64,000 nucleotides of DNA from Centroscyllium fabricii (lineage: Eukaryota): contig JBNRSN020000026.1 in NCBI GenBank assembly GCA_051313645.2, positions 41,850,001-41,914,000 on the forward strand, written 5' to 3'. A program made the translations under genes and the position numbers. Below, one piece after another: positions 12,628 to 24,662 of this stretch (position 1 is its first letter; each line of letters opens with the position of its first letter). A model generated the notes under the pieces. That model was not told where the DNA came from. It saw only the letters and a program-made list of their open reading frames with translations, and did not search any database.

Positions 12628-13413
12628 AGGCCCTGTCACACCTTGACGTTTTAGCCAGCGTATGCAAATTTGGCTAAAACGCTGAACTATCGATGTTTTT
12701 TTCAGTTTTGGGCGTATAATAGCGTATTCATAACGAGTTGGACGTATGCATAACGTATGCATAACGTATTAGTAACGTACACAGAACGTTTCGATAAGTT
12801 ACAGATAACTTATACCAACGAATGCTTAGCGTGTTGTCGGCGTTCACAACTTATGCCCAACGATAGTCTAACGTATGCATAGCGCGCGGCAGCGTATCGC
12901 CGACGTTTTAGATAAATTTTGATACGTCGGCATACGCTAGCTAAATCGTCAAGGTGTGACAGGGCATGACAGGGCCATAAGTTCTGTGGTCGTCCGGAAG
13001 ACGTCAAATACGTCAATATGCGTTGGAGATACGTTACACATAGGTTCAAAGCACGTTACTCATAGGTTAGAAATAAGTTCCGGGTACGCTAGACATTATC
13101 TCGACGCATTTTGACTTATGACTAACTTACAAGTAACGTGTGTCGACGTGTGTGAACGATCGCCTAACGTGCTTACAACGTATGGCCAGCGTATGCGGAA
13201 CGTGTGAATCATACGCAGGATACGTCGAGATTTTTTGTGCATGCTCAAAAATTCTCGACTTACTCGAAGTACAACGACGTATGCAACTTATGGCCAGCGT
13301 ATGCCAGCGTGCTCTTAACGTATACAAAACGTACCCATAACGTATCCGACGTAAACCAGCGTTTTAGCCAAATTTGCATACGCTGGCTAAAACGTCAAGG
13401 TGTGACAGCCCCT
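12628..13413. mobile_element. CpG-rich PIF/Harbinger MITE
   Basis: About 57-bp TIR AGG(CC/GG)CTGTCACACCTTGACGTTTTAGCCAGCG..., TSD TTA. Confidence 0.9.
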
Positions 13414-13769
13414 TTAATCATCATTGACGATTCATCAAAAATGATTACTTGATCTTGTGGAGGTATAGAGATAAGATTATTTCCCCTAATAAAGCAATCG
13501 TTTGAATTTCCTAATAAAAAGACTTGGCCAATTCCTATGGGGTTTGTCATTTTGTCAGGACCTAACCTCGGTTAGGGTTTAATATTATCTTTATAAGAAA
13601 TTTCTAGACCTCAATGGTATATTGAGGGAGGTCTGATTTAAATTCTACAAGGCCTGATCAGGGACTTGTCTTCTCCAGAAACTTAAATCTGCATCTTAGT
13701 ACCACTGTCAGTAAAACACTCCTTCTATACTTAACAATCTACAAGATGGATATAGATATAAATATAAGT

Positions 13770-14331
13770 GACCCACTGATCGGGAACTGATCAGAGAGCC
13801 GGCCCCCGAATCTGCGGTCATCTGTGAGGAATCACGCTGTGTTCCCTGTTCATTCTTCCTGAATTTATCGACAGCAAGTCAGAGCCCCCTCAGCTTTCCA
13901 GTGTAACACCCACCGAATGGGGGGTCGGGCGACCCCCCGGCGGCAACTGATCAGAGAGCCGGCCCCCCTCCCTGCTCTCTCATCAATTGGCCGCTCAGGC
14001 TGACTCCCCCCATCAGCTGGACCGAAGAGGGAGGGTGGCCCTTTTAGCAGCGCTGCAGCGGCCACTCAAACGCACTGCAGCACTTGCAAAAGCTGGCGCT
14101 GATAGCGCGGGAGGCGGTGGAAAGGCGCTAAGCCCAATATCGGGCATAACCCACCGGTGGGCGTTGCACATGCATTGCCACGAGGATTGTTGATCGGCAG
14201 GCGGCGCTGCGCTAACGTTTAGTGCCGGCACTAACCACTAGGCCAATTTAGCGGCCAGTGCTAATTTGGGCGCTACCTCGGCGCTGCCCCATTAGTGCCA
14301 ATTTTCGGCGCTAAGGCGCCAATTTTTTGCC
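13770..14331. mobile_element. Partial GC-rich Harbinger-type MITE (right end)
   Basis: Ends CCAATTTTTTGCCC with GGCGCTAA repeats like the family at 14344 and 50016; left TIR not found. Confidence 0.5.
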
Positions 14332-14343
14332 CTAAGACTCTAT

Positions 14344-15256
14344 GGGGGCTAAATTCATCAGTGCACGATTTGGGGCACTGAAGTGGACGCAGTGCTAAAA
14401 TTAACGGCGGGCGCAAATTAGCGCCCGAGCTCCCGATATCCGCTTTAACGCCGGCCTTGCAGATTGCAGCACTAAATCAAGCGTTGCACAGGTGCAAACG
14501 GCCAATATTCAGGTGCTAAGTGGCGAGCGCGGGCGCAGCGCTCCATCTGCCACTCCTGGCCTTCCCAGCAATGCCGGTGCCGGTCAGCTCTTAAAGGGGA
14601 TGGGGAAACAGTATATGATGTCTCCTAAGCTGCCTCTGTCTCTCTCTGTATCTCTCCTAACCTCCATCTGTCTGTCTCCGATCTCCCCTCACCTCCCTCT
14701 GTCTCTCTGTGTAACTCTCCTAACCTCCCTCTGTCTCTCTCTCTGTATCTCTCCTCACCTCTCTCTGTCTGTCTCCGATCTCCCCTCACCTCCCTCTGTC
14801 TCTCTCTCTGTATCTCTCCTCACCTCTCTCTGTCTGTCTCCGATCTCCCCTCACCTCCCTCTGTCTCTCTGTGTAACTCTCCTAACCTCCCTCTGTCTGT
14901 CTCTGAGCTCCCACAAAATGGCCACCGCACGAAAGGGAGGAAGTGTCTCCCTTTAAAGAACGCCCCAGCGGACCCAGATTGCCTCAGCTGCATTTGTGAA
15001 AGCTGGCGAGGGCAGCGCTGCACGTCAGTTAGGCAGCCGCTCGGCAATTTCGGGTGCAGCCCTGGGGACGGCCATTGCACCAGGATATCTGCACTGATTC
15101 ACGTGCACCCGGCAGCAGGCATTAACAGTTAGCGCCGACAGCATTCGCTTGCCGAATTTTGGGTGCGGCGCAAAAATTTTAGCGCCCGGCGTTGAAACCT
15201 CTTGCGCCCATTTTCGGGTGCTAATGAGCCAGCGCTAGAGTGCCAATTTTGCGCCC
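14344..15256. mobile_element. GC-rich Harbinger-type MITE with internal CT-rich repeat
   Basis: Imperfect TIR GGGGGCTAAATT/AATTTTGCGCCC, TSD TAT/TGT. Confidence 0.7.
14635..14905 (+). repeat. CT-rich low-complexity tandem repeat
   Basis: Repeated CTCTCCT(A/C)ACCTCCCTCTGTCT units. Confidence 0.85.
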
Positions 15257-15759
15257 TGTGACTCTATCCATGACAAATGATTACTCCCTCCAGTTAATCA
15301 ATGGAATGAAAATCGGTCGGGCAGTTTCTATAACTGGGGAGCAATCCACTCCACCAGGTTATCTCCCAACTGGTGACGTTGGAAATTAACCCCATTGCCT
15401 CTTGCACAAGCTCCAAAAGACTGTGCACTTGAATTCAGTCAGTTCTAATGTTTGGTTTGTCACTGTCACGGATGTTGATGTAAGAAAACTACTAGGCACT
15501 TGGGTCTAAGCGTTAAACAAAGCTTTAATCAACTGTTTTACAACATGAAGGTCTAGTTGTGTCCTTCACTAGTTCCTGTTAAGAATGCCCTGCGTAAGCT
15601 GGGCCCATGCCCGAGTATTTATACTCTCCCTGGACAGCGCCACTCGCAGGCCGCTCAGTATTATTTCATAAGTCTTTATTTCATGAATGACTGATTCATG
15701 TCAGATGTATCTTGCCAATTTTTGTTCTCTTTTTATTTTCCTTCATTGTTGTGCCTATA

Positions 15760-16122
15760 CAGGTAGCGCACCATTATTCCGACATCGTCAGGACCAGGCC
15801 GGTGCCGGACTAGTGAAAAATCCAAACGACTGAAAAATCCAAACGACTGAAGGTTCGGCAAGCGCATGCGCAGGCCATTCAAAATGGCCACCGCGCATGC
15901 ACAGACCATTCAAAATGGCCACTACGCATGCGCAAACCATTCAAAATGGCCACTGTGCATGCACTGACCATTCAAAATGGCCACTACGCATGCGCAGACC
16001 AATCGGGGAGAGACCCGCGCATCGCGAGCGTCCCTGGAATCACGTGGGCCAGCCAGACGGATTTGTGCCGGACCACTGAAGTTGCCAGACCATCGGGTCC
16101 CAGATTAACGGTGCACAGACGG
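15760..16122. mobile_element. Tigger-like MITE (degenerate) with 31-bp tandem repeat
   Basis: TA|CAGGT..GCACC start; about 4 copies of CGCATGCGCAGACCATTCAAAATGGCCAC at 15863-16000. Confidence 0.7.
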
Positions 16123-16587
16123 CACATTATTTTCCATCCTATATGCAGCAGCTGGAATGAGGGACATTGCTTTCATTTCTCAATGACTTCTACCAATTGT
16201 GGGCATTTTCCATCAGTCACTTCGCCTGCTGGCTCCTTACCGTTTGTCAGACTCATTAAACAAATGACTCGCAGTAATAAATAATTATAGCAGAACTACA
16301 AAGGCAGCACCCATGGCTCAAAATGAGTAATGTACTTCAACGTGGTCTGTTCACCCCCTTTTTTCATTACATGTAAAACAAAATTGTGTGTGATGCCTGA
16401 GACAGAAATACAAGAACATAAAGCAATGCTACATAAAGGACAGAATCTGGCAATTATTCAGTGGTGGCACAAATTAGTGATTACCTGAGGGACATGCATT
16501 CAGAAAGACTATTATTCAGCCCTGGCCTCTGTGCGAGGTTTTGCTGGCTGTTGATTCTGACTTAGGTAGCAATGGTGAAAGTGAATA

Positions 16588-17217
16588 CAGCTCCGACACC
16601 GTTAATCCGGCACGGTCAGGACCAGGCCGGTGCTGAACTGGTGAAAAATCCGAACGACTGAAGCTTCGGCGAGCGCATGCGCAAACCATTCAAAATGGCC
16701 TCCAGGAATGGTCTGCAAATGCGCTCACCGAAGCATCAATCGTTCGGACTAACTCAGTAGGAGTCTTGCATGTCCCTTTATTATTCTTCCCACCTTCCCC
16801 TCCCCCCCGTAGATTTGGATTCCCTCATACCTCTTTGCCATCGATTTCCTCAGAGTACATCAGTTCATATTTGCATGCGCAGACCAGTCGGGGAGAGGCC
16901 CGGGCATGCGCAGCCAAACGCGGTGGCCAATTTGCGCATGCGCAGACCAGTCGGGGAGAGGCCCGGGCATGCGCAGCCAAGCGCGGTGGCCAATTTGCGC
17001 ATGCGCAGACCAGTCGGGGAGAGGCCCGGGCATGCGCAGCCAAGCGCGGTGGCCAATTTGCGCATGCGCAGACCAGTCGGGGAGAGGCCCGGGCATGCAC
17101 AGCCAAGCGCGGTGGCCATTTTGCGCATGCGCAGACCAGTCGTGGAGAGGCCCGGATTCGTGCCGGACGACTGAAGTTTCCGGATTAACAGTGTCCAGAT
17201 TAACGGTGCCGGACCTG
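16588..17217. mobile_element. Tigger-like MITE with 63-bp tandem repeat
   Basis: TIR CAG.TCCG.CACCGTTAATC, TA TSD; about 4.5 x 63-bp units at 16872-17155. Confidence 0.85.
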
Positions 17218-17287
17218 TAATAGAGAGGAGTTGGGTTTTTTGTTCAAGAGCACAGGCACAGTGGTGATGAAAGGGTATATTATTAGT

Positions 17288-17454
17288 CACACATCACCAG
17301 GTTATAGTCCAACAGTTTTATTTGAAATCACACCTGATGAAGGAGCTACGCTCCAAAAGCTTATGACTGCAAATAAAACTGTTGGACTATAACCTGACGT
17401 GTGTGACTTCTTACAATTGTCCACCCCAGTCCAACACCAGCACCTCCACATCAT
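17288..17454. mobile_element. Penelope-like 3'-end insertion
   Basis: 13-bp TSD GTATATTATTAGT; short inversion; decayed hammerhead core CTGATGA..AAAA. Confidence 0.8.
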
Positions 17455-17549
17455 GTATATTATTAGTGAACTAGGAGGATGAGAGCACGGCTCAGGTGCA
17501 GAGTGTATCAGACCTAGGAGGTGCATGAAGGATGTGTTGCCATCATATG

Positions 17550-18411
17550 GGGCCAGAAATTCGGGTGCCTGGGACTAGTTGCACCTGCACGGAGGGGGGC
17601 CAATATGCCCCGTGCGATGATCGCATGGGGCATGCCCATGGATCGGAGCTTTCCAATGCTAAGGGAGAAGAGGCCTCAGCATGGAACGCACAAAAGAATT
17701 GCACCCAAAAAACCCGATGTTTTTGGGTGTGATTCTGTGCGAGAATCTGTGGGTAACTGGGCCTGGGGCTGCACGAGAAAATAGGAGTCGTAACCTGTGC
17801 GTTGGTGAGAGCAGTGCGTTCCTAAACACAGGTAATTGACTTTTTTACCTTTAATTTTAAGTTTTTTAAGTTTTTTGGAGTAATGTGGCCAGATCGCTAT
17901 CATTACATTTTGCTGTTAAAGTTTTTAAAAAAAAATTAAAAATCCAAATTTCAATTGCTATACCTATTCCAAATCGTTTATTTTTAAATTTAAAGTTCAG
18001 AAATTTTTAACTCTTTCCTTAATTTAAAAAACTAAGAGAAAAAATCGCTAAGACTTACCGACATTGAAAAGCTGCTCTGGCCACGGTGCTCACTGCCGAG
18101 TCTGTGAGTGCAGCAGTGGGCGTGATCCATATAATGGCCTCACGTCCCTGCTCTCTAAGAAGTCCAACTGTGAAGCAGGGGGCGTTTTTAATTTAAATTA
18201 GGGATCTGTGGGCGGGGCATCACTGCTCCGCACGCACGACGGCAGCGCATATACTGCGCTCCTAGCGTGGCTGGACTGCCACACAGCGCAGGAACGGGGC
18301 GGAGCCAAGAGGAAGGTCTGGACGTTAAAAAAGTGAGATGATGGTGCGGTGCTATAGGTGTCTGCAGGGTCCTTGCACCCGCACAAACCGGCACACTGGA
18401 ATTTCTGGCCC
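17550..18411. mobile_element. PIF/Harbinger-type MITE related to 6047-6884
   Basis: TIR GGGCCAGAAATTC, TSD ATG. Confidence 0.85.
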
Positions 18412-19109
18412 ATGATCTAACATATGTTTGGGCATAATCATTGTAAACACATTCATGTAACATATCATGAATAAGATGTCACATGCTACAGATTCCAGAT
18501 TATACTCCAACTTCCACAGATCTCACACTTACCAAGCACTCCTCGGCATTAGCCTGCCGAGATCAGGAGGGTTTGGCACTAATCCCGCTCACCCAATTGC
18601 ACTCTGAGTTAAAATTTGACCTAAAGTGCTCCTAAACCTATGACTAAACTGTGGTAATGTTGCACAATTCACAGTTTGAATGCAAGAATTTAAAAAATAA
18701 TAATAATTTATTTATACATGAGATGTGGGCGTCACTGGCAAGGCCTGCATTTATTGTCCACCCTAATTGCCCTTGAGAAGGTGGTGGTGAGCCTTCTTGT
18801 TGAACCGCTGCAGTCCATGTGGTGAAGGTACTCCCACAGTACTATTAGGTAAGTCATTCCAAAATTTTGACCCAGGGACCATGAAGGAACAGCGATATAT
18901 GTCCAAGTCAGGATGGTGTGTGACTTGGAGGTGATGGTGTTCGACTCGGAGGTGATGGTGTTCCCATGCACCTGCTGCCCTTGTCCTTCTAGGTGGTGGC
19001 GATGCTGTTGAAGAAGTCTTGCCGAGTTGCTGCACTGCATGCTGTAGATAGTACGCACTGCAGCCATGGTGTGCTGGCTGTGGAGGAAGTAGATATTTAA
19101 TTTAAGGCA

Positions 19110-19339
19110 AAAAGAAAATACTGCAGATGCTGAAAATCTGAAAAAGAAACAGAAAATGCTGGAGATACTCAACAGGTCAGGCAGCATCTGTGAAGAGAGA
19201 AACAGAGTTAATGTTTCAGGTTGATGACCCTTCGTCAGAACCAATCCCTACGAAAGGTCATTGACCTGAAACATTAACTCTGTTTTTCGCTTCACAGATG
19301 CTGCCTGACCTGCTGAGTATCTCCAGCATTTTCTGTCTT
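19110..19339. mobile_element. Second Penelope-like family, hairpin insertion
   Basis: Inverted arms of about 95 bp plus unpaired extension; 16-bp TSD TATTTAATTTAAGGCA. Confidence 0.8.
19204..19240 (-). ncRNA. Minimal type I hammerhead ribozyme motif
   Basis: ttCTGACGA-agggtcatcaacct-GAAA-caTT-aac; helix II and III imperfect. Confidence 0.55.
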
Positions 19340-19398
19340 TATTTAATTTAAGGCAGTGGATGTTGAAACTAATACAAGAGAGATTAACACATGGAATG

Positions 19399-22339
19399 TG
19401 TGGTGATAGTTACCCTCTGCCCAGTAGGGGGCAACAGAGGGTGAACAGAAAGTGAAAGTGATAATAAACAGTGAGCCTCGAGTAATGGCTGCTCCCACAA
19501 GCTGTCTCTGTCTCGATGTGTTGAACACTTTACATGGTGTCAGAATTGAGATCTGAACCCACAATGGAACTAACTTCCCCGGTGAAACCAGTCAGCTCCC
19601 GGTGAGTGAAAGTTTATGATAGTTATTTAAGCCAGGATCTGGAGATAACCAGGAGACACTGAGAGAGAAATATTTTTTTTAAGTGTACTTAACCCACGTT
19701 GCTTAGCTTACTATCATGGCCACACAAAGTCTTGCATTTTTTCAGATTTCTCCCCCCTCCGAATTTGATTTTAAACGGCCGGAAGAGTGGCTATTGTGGA
19801 TCAGCAGATTTGAACATTTCAGACAGGCTTCGGGCCTTGAAAAACAGTCACAGGAAAAACAGGTTAATACCCTATTATATTCCATGGGAGCGGAGGCTGA
19901 AGCGATCATCCGGTGCAGGAATATTATGGCTGATCAACTGAAAAGCAATGACACAGTTAAAACGGAGTTGTCTAATCATTTCATCCCGCGGAGGACTTTG
20001 ATATTCGAATGTGCAACATTCCATAGGCACGTGCAGGAGAGAGGGGAATCGTGTGATAGTTTCATCAAAGCGCTATATGAGCTCCTCGAACACTGTGAAT
20101 ATGGAGATATGCGGGATGAACTAATTTGTGACAGATTGGTTGTTGGACTAAGGGATCTTAAACTCTCTGGAAACTTACAGATGGATCCAGACCACACAGT
20201 TGACAAAGCAAAAACACAGGTTTTCCAAAGTGAAACAATAACAAAACAGCAATCAATGCTTCAGAAAGATAGTAATGAGGAGGAGGAGTCCATTGAAACC
20301 GTAAGTGCCCCCCGACAAGCAGGTCCCCAAAAACATTTTTCTACCAAATCAAGATAAACTGACTCACCTGAATATGTACAGAGGCCTCGCACTGGAACTC
20401 AAACTGAAACACATTTCCAATCACAAAAGCAGAGTTGCAGATGGTATGGCCAGAGTACACACAATAGACAAATCTGTCCAGCCAAAGATGTTAGTTGCAA
20501 GAATTGCCAGAAAAAGGGGCATTTTGCTGCAGTTTGCCGATCCACACCTGCAGTTGCTGAAATATCAGAGGACGACGACAATGAGATCGCGCTCCTGGGG
20601 TCAATTGGAGATGGGCAGGACCAGCCGTGGACCATCACCCTAAGCCTGTGTGGTCACATGACTGAATTCAAAATCGATACAGGGGCTGATGTCACTGTCA
20701 TCCCAGAGTGCCTCTACAACGACCTAGGTCTAGCCGCTCTTCAGAGCACCTCTAAGGTTCTTCAGGGGCCTGGTCAAGTCCCGTTGAATGTCAGAGGAAA
20801 ATTTTCAGCTACCTTGACCCATGGTCCACCGTCTACAAAGCAGGTTCTGTATGTGCTACGCCATCTATGGACAGCGCTCCTCAGTCGCCTCGCCATCATT
20901 TCCCTGCGTCTGGTGTCCAGGTTGGACCCACAAGTAGCAGAGACAGTATCTACAGACCTCGAACGGGAGGTCAGACAGTGGTTCCCCAGACTGTTTCAAG
21001 GCATTGGGCAACTGCAAGAGGAGTATCACATTCGCCTCAAGCCGGAGGCCAAACCTTTTGCTCTCTCTACACCCCAACGTGTCTCACTCCCCCTTATGAC
21101 CAAAGTTAAGGAGGAACTCACCCACATGGAGCAACTGGGGATAATTGCAAGAGTTGAGGAACCCACAGCCTAGTGCTCCGGATGGTTGTAGTCCCAAAAC
21201 CCAACGGAAAAATCTTGAATCTGCGTAGACCTAACAAAACTCAATGAAAGTGTCTGTAGAGAGTTGCATCTCTTACCCTGCGTAGAGTGCACTCTGGGGC
21301 AGCTGAAAGATGCAAATGTTTTTACAAAGCTTGACGCTCAATCTGGTTTCTTGGTCATTCCAGCATCAATACAGAAAGACATTCTGGACAAACTGCATGA
21401 TGGCCATCAAGTGATCACAAAATGCAGAGCACGAGCCAGGTGTTCTGTCTGGTGGCCTGGATTAAGCGGTCAACTACAACGTAAAGTACAACAATGCCCA
21501 GGTTGGACCGACCTCCAGAATTTTACAGACAAGGACAAACAATCTAAATTAAGACAACAGGCCAACTTTAACAGTCGCCACATAGCTAAGCCCTTGTGTC
21601 CACTCCTTCCAGGTGACTATGTGCGGATACGGGACTTCCGCAAAAGAGGCATTGTGTAAGGACAGGCCAACACCCCAAGATCGTATCTGGTTCATATCCA
21701 GGGCCAGATTGTTCACAGGAACCGTAGACACCTCACACTTACACAGCAGCCCCCTGATGCTGATGAGCCTTCCATTCCCGATGACTACAATGGGGATGCA
21801 TGTCCTGGAACTCCCCCACCCACAGGGGATACCCACCTCCATCGTGTTCCAGATGATACCCTAAAAGGGTCCATAATCCTCCTTCATAGCTCCAGGACTT
21901 TGCAACATGAATAGCTTAAGAACCAAGACACCTGATTGGGTCAGAATAATACCTGAGGTACTTGGTGGGGGGTTAAGGCAGGCACCTTGTCCCTCCACCT
22001 TACTCTGCTTGCATTATTCCTGTTTTTCAAAAAAAAGGAAAAAGAAGAGATACATTGTGCATTTGAGATGTTATGTTTGTTAGAGTTGTTATGTTTGTTA
22101 GAGTTTGTTATTTCTTAAGCACAGTAAAAAAGTAATGATTTGAAAATGTTAACAGTAAAGGAATAGTATTCCTTTGTATTCAAAGTCTGTTTAGAAAGGG
22201 AGATGAGGTGATAGTTACCCTCTGCCCAGTAGGGGGCAACAGAGGGTAAACAGAAAGTGAAAGTGATAATAAACAGTGAACCTCAAGTAATGGCTGCTCC
22301 CACAAGCTGTCTCTGTCTCGATGTGTTGAACACTTTACA
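19399..22339 (+). mobile_element. Gypsy B copy 2 (gag-PR, RT/RH and integrase core deleted)
   Basis: 136-bp LTRs 19399-19534 and 22204-22339 (4 mismatches), TSD GAATG, PBS TGGTGTCAGAA, PPT; gag ORF 19716-20357, protease FKIDTGADVT in 20658-21173. Confidence 0.93.
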
Positions 22340-22569
22340 GAATGGACTTTTGGGTAAAGTAATGAAGGTAAAAACTACAGAATCATTTAAGAAACAGATG
22401 CCGTGTTGAGAGGGCTGTGGGTTATTTCTGGATGGATGAGCGAAGATGGGCTGAATGGCCTTCCTCATCCTTATCTATCTGTGATCCTTCATTCATTAAT
22501 GGTAGCAAAAATGTAATCCGGAGTGTAAAATGTAGAAAGCTGCTGGTATCTACACCTCATTGACCATCA

Positions 22570-23508
22570 TCCTCAATACGGGGGATCCCAAGGCTGTGTC
22601 CTGAGTCCCCTCCTGTACTCCCTGTACACACACAACTGTGTGGCCACGCATGACTCCAACACCATCGTCAAGTTTGCTGACGATACAGTTGTAGTGAGCC
22701 TGATCACCAACAACGACGAGGAGGCCGATCTGAAGGAAGTGGAGAACTTGTCACTGTGGTGCCAGGACAACAACCTCTTCCTGAATGTCAGCAAGACCAA
22801 GGAGCTGATAGTAGACTTTGCAAGGAAGCAGGAGAGGTACTATAACTCTCTTACGATCGGTGGAACCCCAGTAGAGAGGGTGAGTAATTTCAGATACCTC
22901 GGGGTCCATCTTTCTGATGACCTGACTTGGTGAAGAAGGCGCGGCAGCGTCTTTACCATCTCAGAAGCCTGAGGAACTTTAGAATGTCCCCCCAAATATT
23001 AAACAACTTTTATAAATGTACTATTGAGAGTATCCTGTCGGGGAGCATCACCGCCTGGTATGGCAACAGCACTAAACAAGACCATAGGGCCCTGCAGAGT
23101 GCAGTACGGTCAGCAGAATGTACCACCGGGGGTGCACTCCCTAACCTGCAGGATACCTACACCAGGCGGTGCATGACTAAGGCTAAGAAGGTCATTAAGG
23201 ATCCTAGTCACCCGAATAACGGCCTCTTCTCACTGCTGTGGTCAGGAAAACGCGACCGCAGCATTAAGACAAACACAGAGAGGTTTAGGAGGAGCTTTTA
23301 CCCCCAAGCCATCCGGATCCTAAATGAAGACGCTGCCAAGGGTCGGCATACTGACGATTGAATGCCTTTTCTTCTTATAATTGCTAATTTATTATTTGTA
23401 TTTATTGTTATCCAGAGAGCACAGACATGGAGCTTGCGATTAAGCATTTCACTGCACTTTGTACATGTATAATGATGTACGTGACAAATAAAATAAACTT
23501 GAACTTGA
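22570..23508 (+). mobile_element. 5'-truncated Rex1/Babar LINE, second copy
   Basis: Highly similar to the copy at 4826-7017; KFADD; tail AATAAA(CTTGAA)n. Confidence 0.85.
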
Positions 23509-24662
23509 ACATTGATTTTATTCACAGTATGACATCGCAGTAAGTACCAGTGTATAATGATGTAAACTGACAGTTTACATATACTTCTGGAACACTGCCA
23601 TTCCAATACAAGAATGCCAGGGATGAATTGTCACAGACTCCATTGCCACTTACTTCACTAGACTATGACAGGCTAAAACTAAAATTGCAATTCCAAAACT
23701 GTTACAAGTGTAAAGTTCATTGCTGTAACATTAAAAGTAGGAGATTATAGACATGATCTCCCCTACGCCAACACCAAGACATCCCGATTCACATCGTTTT
23801 TTTGAGACATTTGAAATTCCATAGATGGAAGACACTGTTTTCTCCAATTTTGACTCAAATGCTGAGGTTTTTTTCCAGCAACAAATTGTTGTAAATTATA
23901 AAAGCAATCCAAGATCTGTGGAAAAATTGCATAGATCCGTATATTAGCATTATAGTCACCAGAGCAAGTCAGAGCTCAACTTCTCAATCGGTGATTAAGC
24001 CAGGAAGAATAAGAAATGTCTTAAAAATGTTCTCATTCGGTAAAAGCTTCCCAATGTGGGTGGCGGTCCGGAGTGGAGGTCAAGAGGTTTGCTATAAGGA
24101 AAAAGGGAAACTGCGGGTTAAGTTACCCCAAGCCACACTCACACATCTCCTCAGAGGTAGCTCAGGAACAAGCTGCCTGGTCACCATTTCGCCAGGGAAT
24201 GGTGCATAGACTGGGAACACCGTAAAACAAGGGGGGGAAATAAAACAAATTAAAAGTGGAGAAAAGAGAAAATGAGTTGCACAGTGGTCACTTTCACCCT
24301 GGTTTGAATCCATCATGGACTGATGAGGGTTGATACCCCAGTTGAGTACTCCTGGCTAGGAACAGTGCTCATAGGCAGTGCTGGTCAGGAAATTAGCCCT
24401 CAGAGTTGCTGGCTGGAATTTTCTTTATCTGGGCAGGTTGGGTGCGGGCGGTCAGCGTGGCTGGTCGGGACCCCATTATTTTTTTCAGCATGCTCCTTAT
24501 TAAGGCAGGCCCTATTAAATGGTTCAGGTCTGATGACGTCATCAAGGACTCATTTCCAGCTGGGATATTTAAAGAAGCCTTGGCCACATTGCATTTGAAG
24601 GATGATCTAGCAGTGTGCAGGCTGTACATTGTAGCTTTTGGGTCTTGCTCAGTCTTGCGCAC

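Larger units (their letters stand above)
18690..19370 (-). mobile_element. 3' fragment of a CR1/L2-group LINE
   Basis: Minus ORF remnant WNDLPNSTVGVPSPHGLQRFNKKAHHHLLKGN; same tail as 34320-34415. Confidence 0.7.

Noticed and set aside
12300-13760. Possible decayed retroviral or viral coding sequence around the MITE (minus CPYPL motif)
   Set aside because: Only a short ambiguous motif with many stops; needs TBLASTX
14492-14956. Leu/Ser-rich membrane-like ORF
   Set aside because: Translation of a CT-rich low-complexity repeat
15465-15670. Possible solo LTR (minus-strand TATA and ATTAAA)
   Set aside because: No TSD or second copy to fix the boundaries
16872-17155. CRISPR-like regular array
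   Set aside because: Units are head-to-tail near-identical with no unique spacers; eukaryotic context and no cas genes
16766-17290. Repetitive ORFs in all frames (also 33412-34186 and 60667-61220)
   Set aside because: By-products of stop-free GC-rich tandem repeats inside mobile elements
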